Notes: generated by a model from the letters alone, not told the origin. Shown: positions 35,108 through 47,206, counted from the whole stretch's first letter. The stretch: 62,692 nt of DNA, filler included, from 9 parts of 9 records of this genome joined end to end with filler, not necessarily neighbours in it, one strand, 5' to 3'. Numbers and translations: made by a program.

Positions 35108-35277
35108 ATGGGAATTTACCAGAAAAAATACGACATCATCGTCGTCGGCGGCGGTCATGCCGGCTGCGAGGGCGCCCTGGCCGCGGCCCGCATGGGCTGC
35201 CGGGTGCTGCTGCTGGCCATCGACGTGGACAAGCTCGCCGCCATGCCGTGCAGCCCCTCCATCGGCGGCATGGCCAA
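35108..35277 (+). CDS. mnmG: tRNA uridine-5-carboxymethylaminomethyl(34) synthesis enzyme, 3'-partial
   Basis: [22 protein letters not shown] and MPC.PSIGG.A. Confidence 0.9.
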
Positions 35278-35377
35278 NNNNNNNNNNNNNNNNNNNNNNN
35301 NNNNNNNNNNNNNNNNNNNNNTTAATTAATTAANNNNNNNNNNNNNNNNNNNNNNNNNNNNNNNNNNNNNNNNNNNN
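35278..35377. other. artificial contig linker
   Basis: N44-TTAATTAATTAA-N44. Confidence 0.98.
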
Positions 35378-37432
35378 AAAATTAGTTAAGGCCCTTTCAG
35401 TCAGCCCTGCACAGGGCACAGGATCCACGGTTTCGTCGTGGAAAACCAGGGCGATCATGGAGACAAAGCCCCGGGTTTCCCAGGTGCGGCCGTAGGACCT
35501 GAACCGATCCTGCCACAGAACCATGAGATTATCGTCCCTGTCCAATTCTTCCAGCATGGGACCTGTGAACCCGTAGACCGATGATGCCAGAGCCGCCTTG
35601 AGAAATCCCCGGTGGTCAGGCCGGTCAACGGCACAAAGGATATCAAAGAGTTCCCGGGCCTGGTCCGAGTCAAACACAGATCCTGTCTTGGAAAGAAAGG
35701 AGGGGATATTCAATTGGGACAGGGCCTGGTGCACGGCCTCGGCCTGGGCATTGGTCCGGACCAGTACGGCCATGTCTCCCGGCCCCATGGGCGCCTGGCC
35801 CCCGGTTTCCATAAGGCCCGATGCCTCCCGGGTCAGAAGGGAAAGGATGTCCCGGGCCAGAATATGGGGAATGGATGCCAGGGCCGCCCCTTTTTTAATG
35901 CATTTTTTCCGGTCCAGGGGGAAGTTCTCCCGGTTCAAAAAGGAGAAACTTAAGGGGGAAGGGGTTTTCCCTCCCTGACCAGTCGGTCCTGGGCCCCGTC
36001 CGGCGTGCCCACCCGGGTAAAGGGAATGTCCTTGAATCCGAATGGGTCCGGGACCAGGGTAAAGATCTGGTTCACCCCTTCCACCAGAAGGGGCGCGGAC
36101 CTGTAATTGGTGGCCAGGGTAAAAGACTGGGCCGCCGCGGTTGACGCGGCCAGATAGGCGAAGATATCCCCGCCCCTGAAGGCGTAGATGGCCTGTTTGG
36201 GGTCCCCGATCATGAAAAAGGCATGGCCGGTTCCGCCGGGGTGGAAAAAAGGGTGGAAAAATCCGGTACTGGGCCGGGTCCGTATCCTGGAATTCGTCTA
36301 TGAGGCAGGCCCGGTACCGGTCCAGAATGGCCTTTTTTACCCCGTCTGCCCGCGCCCCTGTCAGGGCCCGGTCCAGGTCATTGATCAGATCATCGAAAAA
36401 ACAGGTGGACCGGGTCCGTTTCATCTCTTCCAGAGTGGTGAAAAAATATTCCAGAAACGCCAGCTGGAGTGCAAACATGCTCTCAACCATCTCATTGTAT
36501 AGGCGGAGCAGGTCTTCACAGGCGTCAAAAAAGGGATGGGCCGGAGGGGCCTGCCCGGATTTGGTCTTTGCTTCAATCCGGGTGGATGTAAACTTGTAGA
36601 GGGGATGGCCTTTTTCCGCCATGACAAATACTTCATTTGTATTCCAGGCCGAAAGATCGTTAAGGCAGAGGTCCAGCCAATTGGGCAGGTTCTTTTTGGA
36701 ATAACTGCGCTTATCCACCCCTTTATGGGACTGGATCAGGTCCTGGACAGCCTCCCGTTGAGCGGCCAGAATATCACCGGCCCGGGCTGCCGCCTCTCTG
36801 TAAGGGGTCCAGTCCTCACTGAACACCGCTTTTTCAGGGACGGTCCGGATCCCGGGCCTGGAAACCACCTGCCTGAACCGGTTCTGGATATTCTCAGGGG
36901 TCACCCCTGACTGGTAAAGAAAATTTAAAAATAAGGGATCCAGATCATTGACCCTGGATAAGAAAAAATCCATGACCGTCTGGCTGACAAAGGTCTGGCT
37001 GTCCGTGACCAGCTGGATATCAAAATCCCCTCCGGTCTCAAAGGCATTTTCCCTCAGGGCGGCATAACAAAAAGAATGGATGGTCATAACAGCGGCCTGG
37101 TCAAAGCAGGTCAGGGCCAGGCGGAGCCGCTTGGGGATGAGGCCGCAGTCTTCCCGGCCATTGAAAAACAGGGCCAGGTCATCCTGGGTTTCAGGGGCTT
37201 CCATCTCTTTGAGGCAGGCGGCCAGGCGGGCCCTGATACGCAATTTGAGTTCAGCGGCTGCCGCCTCGGTAAAGGTGACCACCAAAATGGATTCCACAGG
37301 ATATCCCATGGCCACCAGCCTGGCAAAAAGGGTGGTGATGGTATAGGTCTTTCCGGTGCCGGCACTGGCCTCGATCAGGGTGGTCTGTTCCAGATCTATG
37401 CGGAAGGGGTCCAGTTTTTCAGGTCCTTTCAT
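35378..37432 (-). CDS. recB: exodeoxyribonuclease V beta subunit, 3'-partial, two frameshifts
   Basis: Motifs LIEASAGTGKT, VVTFT.AA..EL, TIH.FC, IDEFQDTD; MIGDPKQAIY.FRG.D and L.TNYRS lie in a shifted frame (35950-36213); AVLVR follows. Confidence 0.93.
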
Positions 37433-40400
37433 GGGCCAGGTTCTCCAATAGGGGGGTATAAACGGCAAGGGCGGTTTCCAAAAATCCGGAGGATTTAAGG
37501 GCCTGGGGGTCGGCAAAGGGGTCCTGATCCCTGAACACCAGGGCCGTATACCGGTTCTGGCACTCCCCTGAAACATGGTGACCGCCGTTCCACAAGGGTC
37601 TTACCTTTTCCAGGGCCGTTTCCAATACCTTATCCGGAATGGCCTCCCCAATTTTTTCCTCAACCCTGCCCGGGATCCAGTCGGCATCCAGGGCAGGGAT
37701 ATCCAGGCCCTGGTCCAGAATCACAGCGGCCAGACCATGGGACGGCAGGGGCAAAAAGGGCAGCACACGGTCCTGTCCGGCAATAAAAAGCCGGGCCAGG
37801 GCATGGATATGATCCAGGGCCGCCCCGGCTTCCAGGGGGGCGAATTCACAGGCGGCAGCCGGTTTTCTGTCATCCGGGCCCCGGCCCAGAATCAGGGTGG
37901 TTCCCGGGGGTTTCCCCTGGCTGGGGCCTGCGGCGGAATAAAAGAGATGAAAAATCCACTGGGTCAGCATCCTGGCAGGGCTTAGCTTACTGAATCCCTG
38001 GGCCACCCTGCCCCGGGTATAGATTTCCCCCACCCGCCCGGCTATCCTGAAAGGGCCGGCCTGGATGTCCGCCATGACCGATTCCGGTCTTTCCTCTCCA
38101 ATGGCCGCTTCTGCCAGCGCCTGAACGGGCCGGGCCAGGCCGGCGATCCGGTCCATTTCCATTTTTCCTTTCCGGCCCAGGGGCAGCCGCCCCATGGCCC
38201 GGACCAGGGGATAATTGTCCCCGGGCCGGTCCATGCACAGGGACCCTAAACGGTAAAGATCAAGTCCTGTGACCTGAAAGGCTTCCCTGTCAGGGACCTC
38301 TTCCCCGGGATCCGGAAAGACCAGTCCCAGGGTCCTGGTCATAAATGCCTGGACCGGATGGCGGAAAAATTCAATGAGCCTGGAGACCTCCACCTGAACG
38401 GGAAGTTCCCCTTCTTCAGGTGGAACCGGCGCCTGACCCGGAACAATAAATTGTTTATCCGGGCCATGGAAAATTTTATTTTCCTGCTGGGATACGGCAA
38501 TTCTGCACTGGGCCGCGGAATAGGAAAAAAGGCCGGCCCTGTCCGGATCAAAATAATCCGGACTAAAGGCGTGGAGGGGGTGAAAGACCTGCCATTCCAA
38601 TCCCCCGGGCAAAATGAAGCTTTCCTGTACCGTGTCCATGAGTTCGGCCACAGGGGCGGCGCAGGGGATGGGGGAATTGTCTGAAATGCTCATCCCAGTA
38701 TAGGTGATAATGAGCCGCTGCCGGGCCGAAAGCAGGGACTCAAGGAAAAGATAACAGTCCTCATCCCGCTCCTGCTTGTCCCCGGGCCTGGGGAACCTGT
38801 GAATCAAATCAAAACCCGCAGGCGTGACGGATCGTGGAAACCCCTGCTCACCCATGCCCATGAGGCAGACCAGCTCAAACGGAATGCTTCTCATGGGCAT
38901 GAGGTTGCAAAAGGTAATGCTGCCGGCCAGAAAACTGCCCTGGGAAACGGTCTGGTCCAATTTGGCCTCCACAGCCTCCCTGGCGGCGTCAAAACCGATC
39001 TCATGTTCAAACCCGCCGTTCCTGGCTTCCTGGGCCATCTCGTCCAAGGCCGTGGTCAAAAAGACCAGGTCGCCTTCATTCACCGGGTCCGGGGCCATCA
39101 TGGCACGGGCCATGGACTTAAAACAGACGGCCCATCCGGCCAGGGTCCGGGGCGAATCCAATAGATTGAGAAAATAAAAAAGGGTCTGGGTAAAATGGGT
39201 GAAATTGCCCAGAGTCACGGCATCTGTTCCTTCAAACCCGTCACAGGGAAGGACCGCCCCTGCCAGGTGGGACTCGCCTTCGGGCAGGGCATAGCCGGCC
39301 ATGAGCCGGTCCGTTCCAAAGGCCCAGGTATTTTCCCCAAAACCCTTGCCCACCAGGACCTTACGGTGCGCCTTATCTTCCCCCCAAAGCACCCCTGCCC
39401 GGTCCAGGGCCTGGGCCACCTCTTCCTGGTCGGCCATGGACAGGCCGAACCGGGCCCCGATGGCCGGGGTATGGAGAAGATCCAGAACCCGGGATTTTTC
39501 CAGGCGGGAGGTTTTCAGGTCCAAGATTTTTAAAAAGGCCTCCAGGGTCAGGGATTCGGACCGCTTTCTCCTGTCCGACACCGTATAGGGGAGCCTGGGT
39601 TCCCTGGAGAACACCGCTTCCAAGAACGGGGCATAGGCCTCGATATCCGGCATCATAACAATGACATCATGGGGGTGAAGACCAGGATCCCTGTCAAAGG
39701 CGTCCAGAAGCAGGTCCTTGAGCACCTGGGCCTCCCGCATGGGGGAGTGGCAGGCATGGACTGAAAAAGAGTTATCCCCCGGTGCCACGGCAATGGGCGC
39801 CTCATATCCGCCGGGCCGTCTGTGGATGAGATTGAGGATATCCGACTGGATCACCGAAAGCATGGAGGGATGAGCCCCGTCTTCCCCAAGGCCGGTTGGA
39901 CCGGATACATCCAGTGGATCGGTAAACAACTCCCCGAAATCCTGGTAGTGAAAATCCTCCAGAAGGCCCTGAAACTGCCTGCCGGTGTTGCCCAGGGATG
40001 CCAGGAGGGGGTTGCCCAGGTCAGACAGGTCCCAGGGGTTGTCCTGATCCTGGCCGGGCCCGGCCCCTGATGCCAAAGCCTCTTTATCTGTCTGGCGTTT
40101 GGATCTCAGATCAAAGAAAAACTGGGCACAGGGGGTGAGCAGAAAGAGGATAATCTCCATGGAACCGGCCATGGCGGAAAAGGCATCCAGAAACCTGGGC
40201 GGCAGTGAAGAAACCCCGAAAAGGCTGATCCGGCCTGGCAGGCCCTCTATTTTGCCCCTTGCGGCCCTGGTGGTAAAGGTGTCCAGCCGGGACGAAAACG
40301 GGGTCCCCCGTTTGATCAATTCCCGCCAGAGCCCGGCCTGCCAATGGGCATGGGGCAGATGGCCGCCCCCTCCCCTGGCCGGGCCTGCCCTGCCCATTGG

Positions 40401-40858
40401 GCCAGGATATCCGGACGGTAGACCTGGTAATCGTCAAACACCGAGGCGATCCTGCGGCTCAGCCCCAGGGCCTTGCGCCCGGAAGGATCATCCTGGATAT
40501 AGGCCCGGGGACCGTCCTGATCCATATTCCGGCCCGGGCTTTCATCCTTTGCCAGGAGGATATCCATGAGAGACCAGGCCATGGTTTCCCGACTCAATAG
40601 GGGAAGCAGGGCTGTTTCCCGGGACAAATCCGGGAGCCGGGACATCATCTCTTCCAGGATCTGCCTGGGAAAAAGAAAATTTACATTGGCACAGATGCCC
40701 AGACGCCTGGCCAAGGACGTGGTCAGCCATTGCTTCATCCCCCTGGACTGGATGCCGATGATCTCGGGTTCCATGGGGTTGTCCGGCCCTTGGGCCACCA
40801 GGGTGCACAAAGCTTCCACCAGGTGTTCCATATAATTGCTTTTGATCAGATTGAGCAT
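37419..40858 (-). CDS. recC: exodeoxyribonuclease V gamma subunit, frameshift near 40380
   Basis: Motifs SN..E.L, FD.Y.VYRP, NPLLASLG, HACHSP.RE, VM.PDI..Y.P and PMRSIPF. Overlaps the recB start. Confidence 0.93.
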
Positions 40859-40950
40859 TCTCCCGCTCCAGTTTTAACCCCGGGCTTTGTTACCCTTCAA
40901 TAGTGATACTCTCGTAAAACGTCCAACCGATGGTTAAGTAAAAATTTTCA

Positions 40951-41050
40951 NNNNNNNNNNNNNNNNNNNNNNNNNNNNNNNNNNNNNNNNNNNNTTAATT
41001 AATTAANNNNNNNNNNNNNNNNNNNNNNNNNNNNNNNNNNNNNNNNNNNN
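40951..41050. other. artificial contig linker
   Basis: N44-TTAATTAATTAA-N44. Confidence 0.98.
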
Positions 41051-41274
41051 CCCATGAGTGAGCGCCCTATTCCCCGATACTGAGTGGGTTGGGGTTATAG
41101 ATTGGGATATGCACAGACCCTCTCTCTATGGCCTGACAGCCGCACCCGCGGAATCGACGGAGACCATCCGCTTTCCGCTTTTGTACTTTCATACTGGCAT
41201 TCTCAACGCCCCCTGTCGATCTTCCCATTGCCTTTGGGCTTGAAAAAGTGAGGCCGAAGGGCCATACCCAATTG

Positions 41275-42309
41275 ATGACACCGGATATCAAATCGTTGAC
41301 CAGGGAGGCGCTGCTCGATTGGCTGGCAAGGCATGACCTGCAGGCCTATCGGGCCGACCAGATTCTCAAATGGATCTATTTGCGCCGGGTCGACGGTTTC
41401 GACCAGATGACCGATCTGAGCAAATCCCTCCGGGCGATGCTGTCGGAGCACTTTGCTTACGGCCGTCTGGAGATCGACCGGGTGCTCACATCCGGAGACG
41501 GTACGCGCAAGTTTCTGTTTCGCCTTCAAGATGGTCAGACGGTTGAAAGCGTGTTGATTCCGGAGCGCAGCCACTATACACTGTGCGTTTCCAGCCAGGT
41601 GGGCTGCGCCCAGGGATGTCGCTTCTGCCTGACCGGCCAGGGGGGGCTGGTGCGCAATCTGGGGTTCAACGAGATCGTAGGGCAGGTGTGGGAGGTGCGT
41701 CGACAGATGGACGACCCCACCGCGTTGACCAACCTGGTTTTCATGGGCATGGGTGAACCATTGGCCAACTATGGGCAGCTGTTGTCGGCCCTGCAGATAT
41801 TGACCAACAGCGACTGGGGAATGAAGTTCGCCTCGCGTCGCGTAACGGTCTCCACCGCAGGGTTGGTGCCGCGCATGCCCGAGCTGGGCCGCGATACACG
41901 CGTGAATCTGGCCATATCGCTCAACGAGGTCGAAGACGATGCGCGCAGCCGACTGATGCCTATCAACCGGACCTATTCCATCGGGCAGCTGCTCGATGCC
42001 TGCCGCGGCTATCCGCTGCCCAAAGGTCGCAAAATCACCTTCGAATACATCCTCTTCAAGGGGGTGAACGATTCCCTGCGGCATGCTCGCGATCTCTCCA
42101 GGCTGCTGGGGCCGCTCAAGGCCAAAATCAACCTGATCCCTTTCAACCCCTTTCCGCAGAGCCCTTTCCAACGCCCTGATGAAAAGCGCATCCAAACCTT
42201 TCAGAGCGTTCTGATCGACAAGCACTTCACAAGCGTGGTGCGCTACAGCAAGGGGTTGGACATTATGGCCGCCTGCGGTCAGTTGCGGGCCGACCGTCAA
42301 CCGGGATGA
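41275..42309 (+). CDS. rlmN: 23S rRNA (A2503-C2) methyltransferase
   Basis: Motifs CVSSQVGC..GC.FC.TG, VFMGMGEP, NLIPFN and DI.AACGQL. Confidence 0.96.
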   Translation: MTPDIKSLTREALLDWLARHDLQAYRADQILKWIYLRRVDGFDQMTDLSKSLRAMLSEHFAYGRLEIDRVLTSGDGTRKFLFRLQDGQTVESVLIPERSHYTLCVSSQVGCAQGCRFCLTGQGGLVRNLGFNEIVGQVWEVRRQMDDPTALTNLVFMGMGEPLANYGQLLSALQILTNSDWGMKFASRRVTVSTAGLVPRMPELGRDTRVNLAISLNEVEDDARSRLMPINRTYSIGQLLDACRGYPLPKGRKITFEYILFKGVNDSLRHARDLSRLLGPLKAKINLIPFNPFPQSPFQRPDEKRIQTFQSVLIDKHFTSVVRYSKGLDIMAACGQLRADRQPG

Positions 42310-42336
42310 TTGTAAAAGCGCGCTTCAGCTAAAATG

Positions 42337-42366
42337 TTGACTTGTCGGAAACAATTCGGATAGAAT
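42337..42366 (+). promoter_or_regulatory. possible sigma70 promoter
   Basis: TTGACT-N18-TAGAAT in the intergenic region after rlmN. Confidence 0.3.
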
Positions 42367-42754
42367 TCTATATCAACCGTTGCAAAGGATTCAACGACCC
42401 CCCTCGATCTGAGCAACATAACCGGGATCGGTTCCCTCTTCCAGTCAACTTATTCGTGACCCATAACACCACACTGCGTATACGCCTCTTTCGATATCGG
42501 CTGATTGCATAAGAAATGCAACACACGTCTTTTCCCATGGTTTTGCTGATTCAGTGAACAGTGATACCGACACCTGTCACGAGGCCTTTTTTAAAGGCGC
42601 TACCATTATTTTATACATAGACCACGGCAGTTGCTTTTTGCTTGATTCACCTTCGTGTCCGACACCTGATTTTCACACCTCTATCCTTTGCTTCCAACAA
42701 ATACGCCGCCGGGGTGCTATCGCGGCGGCAGGCAGAGAAGAAAGGAGGTCTGTT

Positions 42755-43048
42755 ATGAAAGCGTGCATTCTATTTACAGGTACAGGTCCCATTCTTATTC
42801 TGACCAGCTATGAAGCATTGACCGATCCATACCTGGTGGAGAAGCTCATGACCAAAGGCATCAAAAAGTACATTGCGTTCGAAATCCCCATTCAAAAAGT
42901 AAAAGACCGCTACGGTCTTCACTACACTGTCGTCTTGAACGATCTGAGCCAGACCAGCGATTTGCGAGTGCTCGATTACGATGGTCACCACGTTTTCTAC
43001 AACTTTTCATTCGAGGAGATGGGCGATCCCATATTCCACGAAGGATAG
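42755..43048 (+). CDS. small conserved hypothetical protein (97 aa)
   Basis: AAGGAGG RBS before ATG 42755. FTG.GPILILTSY...DLRVLDYDGH.VF reads like a conserved globular protein. Confidence 0.75.
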   Translation: MKACILFTGTGPILILTSYEALTDPYLVEKLMTKGIKKYIAFEIPIQKVKDRYGLHYTVVLNDLSQTSDLRVLDYDGHHVFYNFSFEEMGDPIFHEG

Positions 43049-43083
43049 GAATTGGGGAAGTTTCACCACCGAAAGGAGGCGCC

Positions 43084-43587
43084 ATGGTAGCCCTGTCCCT
43101 TCTATCCAAAATCGAGGCGTTCCAGGGGCTGACCCAACGCCAGCTCACCAAGATTGAGCCATACTGTGAAGCATTGGAGTACCGGCTGGGCGAACAATTA
43201 TTTTCCGAGGGCGAACCGGCCCTGCATCTGTGGGTGGTGCTGGAGGGGCAGGTGGACCTGCGTTTTGAAATGCCGGACAGGCGCCCCGCCACGGCAGATC
43301 ATACGGTCACCTCATCGGAGGTGGGGCGTCGGGACGACGTGGGACAGACGTTCGGCTGGTCCTGCTTTGTGCCTCCCTACCGGATGAGGCTCTCCGCCTA
43401 CTGTGTGACCGACGAGTGCCGGGTGATTCGTGTTGCCAAAGAGGATTTGTTGCGGCTGTTCGATTACGATCCGCACATGGGGTATGTGTTTCTCACCTAT
43501 ATTATAAAGGTGGTGGGGTACCGTTTTCACCAGTTCCAGGATGTTGTGGCCAAACACATGGGCGAGTACCTCATGTATGGATGGTAA
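43084..43587 (+). CDS. single cyclic-nucleotide-binding domain protein
   Basis: AAGGAGG RBS; F.GL...QL, LF.EGE.A..L..V..G.V and G..FGWS. Confidence 0.85.
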   Translation: MVALSLLSKIEAFQGLTQRQLTKIEPYCEALEYRLGEQLFSEGEPALHLWVVLEGQVDLRFEMPDRRPATADHTVTSSEVGRRDDVGQTFGWSCFVPPYRMRLSAYCVTDECRVIRVAKEDLLRLFDYDPHMGYVFLTYIIKVVGYRFHQFQDVVAKHMGEYLMYGW

Positions 43588-43606
43588 CGGGGGGCGATCC
43601 AGATTG

Positions 43607-44377
43607 CTACAGGTAGCCGTTGGCCACCCATCCGCCGTCGACATTGACGACGCTGCCGGTTAGGTACGCCGCCTCGTCGCTGGCCATGTAGACGGCCAGG
43701 CCGGTCATGTCTTTCACTTCGCCGATGCGGCCCAGCGGGGTGCGCTTTTCGATGGCGTCGATGGCGATCATCCCCTTGTCGATGACTCCCTGCACCAGTT
43801 CGGTGCGTGTATAGCCCGGGGCGATGGCGTTGACGCGTATCTGTTTGTCGCCCCACTCGACCGCCAGCACCTTGGTCAGCATGTTGGCGGCGGCTTTGGT
43901 GGCACAATAGGCTACCCGGCCCGGTGCCGCCACCATCCCGTATATGGAAGAGATGTTGATGATGCATCCGCCTCCCTGGGGGATCATGACTTTTGCGGCC
44001 GCCTGGCATCCATAGAATATACCGGAGAGGTTGGTATCCAGAGCGCGCTGCCACTCCGTGCTCGGAAGGTCTTCCGACGGATGGGCCATGGAGATGCCGG
44101 CATTGTTGACCAGGATGTCGAGCCGTCCGCAGGCGTCGACGGTACTGCTGACCATGGCGTCGATACTTTCGGCGCTGGTGACATCCACCGGCAGGACCAT
44201 GGCTTTGCCCCCCTGGTCTTTGATTCCTTTTTCGATGGCCTCCAGCAGGTCGGTCGACCGGCTGGCCAGCACCACGGTGGCTCCTTCGCGGGCGTACGCC
44301 TCGGCAACGGCTTTGCCGATGCCTTTACTGGCACCGGTGACGATGGCGACTTTCTCTTTCAGCTTCATGGCAGACAT
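43607..44377 (-). CDS. SDR family oxidoreductase
   Basis: Motifs TGASKGIG, NNAG, Y...K (YCATK), VNAIAPG and VDGG. Confidence 0.93.
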   Translation of the reverse strand: MSAMKLKEKVAIVTGASKGIGKAVAEAYAREGATVVLASRSTDLLEAIEKGIKDQGGKAMVLPVDVTSAESIDAMVSSTVDACGRLDILVNNAGISMAHPSEDLPSTEWQRALDTNLSGIFYGCQAAAKVMIPQGGGCIINISSIYGMVAAPGRVAYCATKAAANMLTKVLAVEWGDKQIRVNAIAPGYTRTELVQGVIDKGMIAIDAIEKRTPLGRIGEVKDMTGLAVYMASDEAAYLTGSVVNVDGGWVANGYL

Positions 44378-44461
44378 CCCCCTCCCTTTCAATTTTAAAG
44401 TCTATTGTTTACTCAGTGTATCCGGATTTTCATTTTTCACGGGCCTCTGACCCGCGGCCAC

Positions 44462-44489
44462 GTAGGGGCACGCTGCATCGTGCGCCTAC
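44462..44489. repeat. GTAG-type REP-like extragenic palindrome
   Basis: GTAGGGGCACGCTGCATCGTGCGCCTAC is an imperfect hairpin bounded by GTAG/CTAC and is intergenic. Confidence 0.65.
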
Positions 44490-44541
44490 ACCGCTCAGGT
44501 GCGATGTTTCAAAAAAATCGGATCGCGTCTCTTCGATGCCA

Positions 44542-45543
44542 TTATGCGATCAGGAACCGCTTCGCCTCCTTGGGGGTGACCGGCAGAGCCGAGACGATTT
44601 CCGATTTGCCGCCGGTTTCAACCAGGACAGCGGCCGGGTCGGAGACGGGGGCTTTGCTGTAGCCGGCGCAGATGCAGGCAGCCAGAAAGATCATGGGCTG
44701 CGGGCCGCCGCCGGGCATGATGACGACGGGACCGGCGAATTTTTTCACTTTAAGAAGGGTGTCTTTCTCAGGATTGCGCCACTTCAGGATCTGTTCGTTG
44801 TCCTGTTTGGTGCGGCCGACGATGATTTTTGTTTCCGGCCCCAAACGCATGTGCCGCCCGTGGCGGAGCAGGAAAAGGGCGTTGCGGGTCAATTGGGCGC
44901 CATGGTCCATCAGATCCTTCAACCGGCGGGAGTAACCCGGATCGGTCAGCAGGCAGCCACCGGCGGGTGAAGGGTAGTCGTCGATGCCGAACTCTCTGGC
45001 CAGGGCCATTTGCGGTTTACGCGAACGCCCGCTCAAACCGAGCAGTTGATCACGGTCCACGAGGCCTTCCTGCTCCATCGGGGTTTCGGGCATGCACTTG
45101 GCGCTGAGCGGTCTGAGAATATGGCCATCGAACTGGGAGTGCTTCTCCACGTAGCGCAGCGAAGAGATGTTCTGGGACATGGGGCGCTGACCGCGAACTT
45201 CGCCGCTGAACAGGAAGTCGAATCCGTTTGCCTGCATGAATTGGCCGGCCTTGTTGAACATCATGGTGTGGCAATCCATGCAGGGATTCATGTTTTTACC
45301 AAAGCCTGCTGGCGGGGCTTTGAGCATTTCCAGATAGTCCGGGGTGATATCTTCGATGTGGAGAGGGATGCCGGTCTGTTTTGCTGCCCGTTTTGCCTTC
45401 TCTGCGGTGAAAAAGGGCGTTTCGAAAGTGATCCACTCCACATGGATACCCTGGTTGCGAAGCACGAGGGCTGAAAGGATGCTGTCCAGTCCACCGGAGC
45501 ATAGACCCAGGGCTTGGACTTTTTTTTGTGTTTCGTTTGGCAT
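44542..45543 (-). CDS. ThiI/MnmA-like PP-loop tRNA sulfurtransferase family protein
   Basis: Motifs SGGLDS, GKNMNPC.DC, GEV.GQRPMSQ, LRPLSA, GRSRK.Q, PAGGCLLT and GRH.R. Confidence 0.85.
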   Translation of the reverse strand: MPNETQKKVQALGLCSGGLDSILSALVLRNQGIHVEWITFETPFFTAEKAKRAAKQTGIPLHIEDITPDYLEMLKAPPAGFGKNMNPCMDCHTMMFNKAGQFMQANGFDFLFSGEVRGQRPMSQNISSLRYVEKHSQFDGHILRPLSAKCMPETPMEQEGLVDRDQLLGLSGRSRKPQMALAREFGIDDYPSPAGGCLLTDPGYSRRLKDLMDHGAQLTRNALFLLRHGRHMRLGPETKIIVGRTKQDNEQILKWRNPEKDTLLKVKKFAGPVVIMPGGGPQPMIFLAACICAGYSKAPVSDPAAVLVETGGKSEIVSALPVTPKEAKRFLIA

Positions 45544-45927
45544 TGGTATGGTTTACCTTGATTCGAGCTTAGGTTGAAAGTCAAAAAAGCTTTTACAACA
45601 TAAATCATTGATGGTCCGGCAAGACCGCCTATTGGTATCGCTTTCGTTTGTCAACAGAACGGAACTTGAGCGTCGAGATACTAAAAAGTGACGGAGGGTG
45701 TGTCAAGCACGAGATTGCCGAAGAGCTTGAAGGTCTTTTGTGTGGCCGGTTGGGCGTGTTTTGGCCATATTTACATCCGTGGTGTTTCATGTTATCGCTG
45801 AGCCCCGTCCTGAGTATGACAACGGACACTTTGCAAAAAGAATCCTTCCGGGTTCCCGGCAACAGCGGAAATCCTTGGCATCGATATCCGGAGCGGATAA
45901 TCCAAACAATCACAGGGGAAACGATTT

Positions 45928-47206
45928 ATGACGACCGAACGTGAATCCATTGAGTTTGATGTTCTTATCGTCGGCGGCGGACCGGCGGGTTTGGCTTGCG
46001 CTATTCGTCTGATGCAGCTGGCCCAGGAGAAGGGGCAGGAGCTGGAGGTGGCGTTGATCGACAAGGGTGCCGAGATCGGCTCCCATGCAGTGAGCGGCGC
46101 CATTTTGAAGCCTGACGTTCTCAATGAACTGATGCCCGACCATATGGACAAAGGCTGCCCGGTGGAGGCGGTGGTGCGCGGCGATGCATTTTACTACCTC
46201 ACTGCCGCCAAGGCGATGGCCATGCCGATGGTGCCCCGCTATATGCACAATGCGGGGTGTTATATCATCAGTTTGTCGCGTGTCGCTCAGTGGATGGGCG
46301 GAGTGGCCGAGGAGATGGGGGTGAACATCTTTCCGGGGTTCGCCGGCAAGGAGGTCCTCTATGGTGAGGATGGCCATACGGTCATCGGCGTGCGCACCGG
46401 CGACAAGGGACTGGGCAAGGAGGGGGAGGAGAAATCCAACTTCGAGCCCGGCATCGATCTGCTGGCCAAGGTGACGGTGTTTGCCGAAGGGGCCCGTGGC
46501 AGCCTGGTCAAAACGATGGGCGCGGCACTGGATCTCTACCGCGACAAGCTGCCTGCCGTTTATGAGACCGGCATCAAGGAGGTGATTCAACTGCCCGAGG
46601 GCGACACCTTCTTCACCGATAAGGATGCCAACGACATACATCTGATGGGGTATCCGCTGGGGCTTGCTACACCGGGCGGCGGGTTCATCTACGAGATGGC
46701 GCAGAATCGGCTCGGCATCGGCTATCTGACGGCGCTCTGCTATGAGGATGCGTCCCTCGATCCTTATGAGATGTTCATCCGTTTCAAACGCCATCCGTTT
46801 GTGGCGGATATCATCAAGGGTGGCAAGGTGATCGAGCAGGGTGCCCGTACGGTGGCCACCGGCGGCTACTACAGCATGCCGAAACTGTGCGTGGACGGCG
46901 GGCTGCTCGTGGGGGGCTGTGCCGAAATTCACAACACCCCGGCGCTCAAGGGCGTTCATGTGGGAATGAAGTCGGGGATGCTGGCCGCCGAGGCGGCGGT
47001 GGCGGCACTTGCCAAGGAGGATGTCAGCGCATCGGGGCTGGACGGCTACCGCCAGGCATTCGAGCAGAGCTGGATCAAAAGCGAGATGTGGGAGGGGCGC
47101 AATTTCGCCCAGGCTCTGGCCAAAAAGGGGATCGCCAAGTTTATTCACCTCGGCGCCCAGTATGTGACCGGCGGCCGCGGCATTGTCGATCCCATGGACA
47201 TGGAAG
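45928..47206 (+). CDS. electron transfer flavoprotein-quinone oxidoreductase, 3'-partial
   Basis: Motifs DVLIVGGGPAGL, KG.EIG.H..SGA, IFPGF, GV.T.D.G, AEG.RG, GGY.S.PK and KG.H..MKSG. Confidence 0.92.

Noticed and set aside
16049-40858. Frameshifts in the Gate-domain gene, recN, TIGR01212, recB and recC as programmed frameshifting or loss of DNA repair
   Set aside because: Those I could localise lie in or next to homopolymer runs, and both sides stay conserved. The same error type recurs in unrelated contigs, which points to sequencing indels.
40895-40950. Possible end of a MITE/repeat at the contig edge (CTCGTAAAA...GATGGTTAAGTAAAAA)
   Set aside because: It is cut by the contig end and has no second copy in the window, so it cannot be supported.
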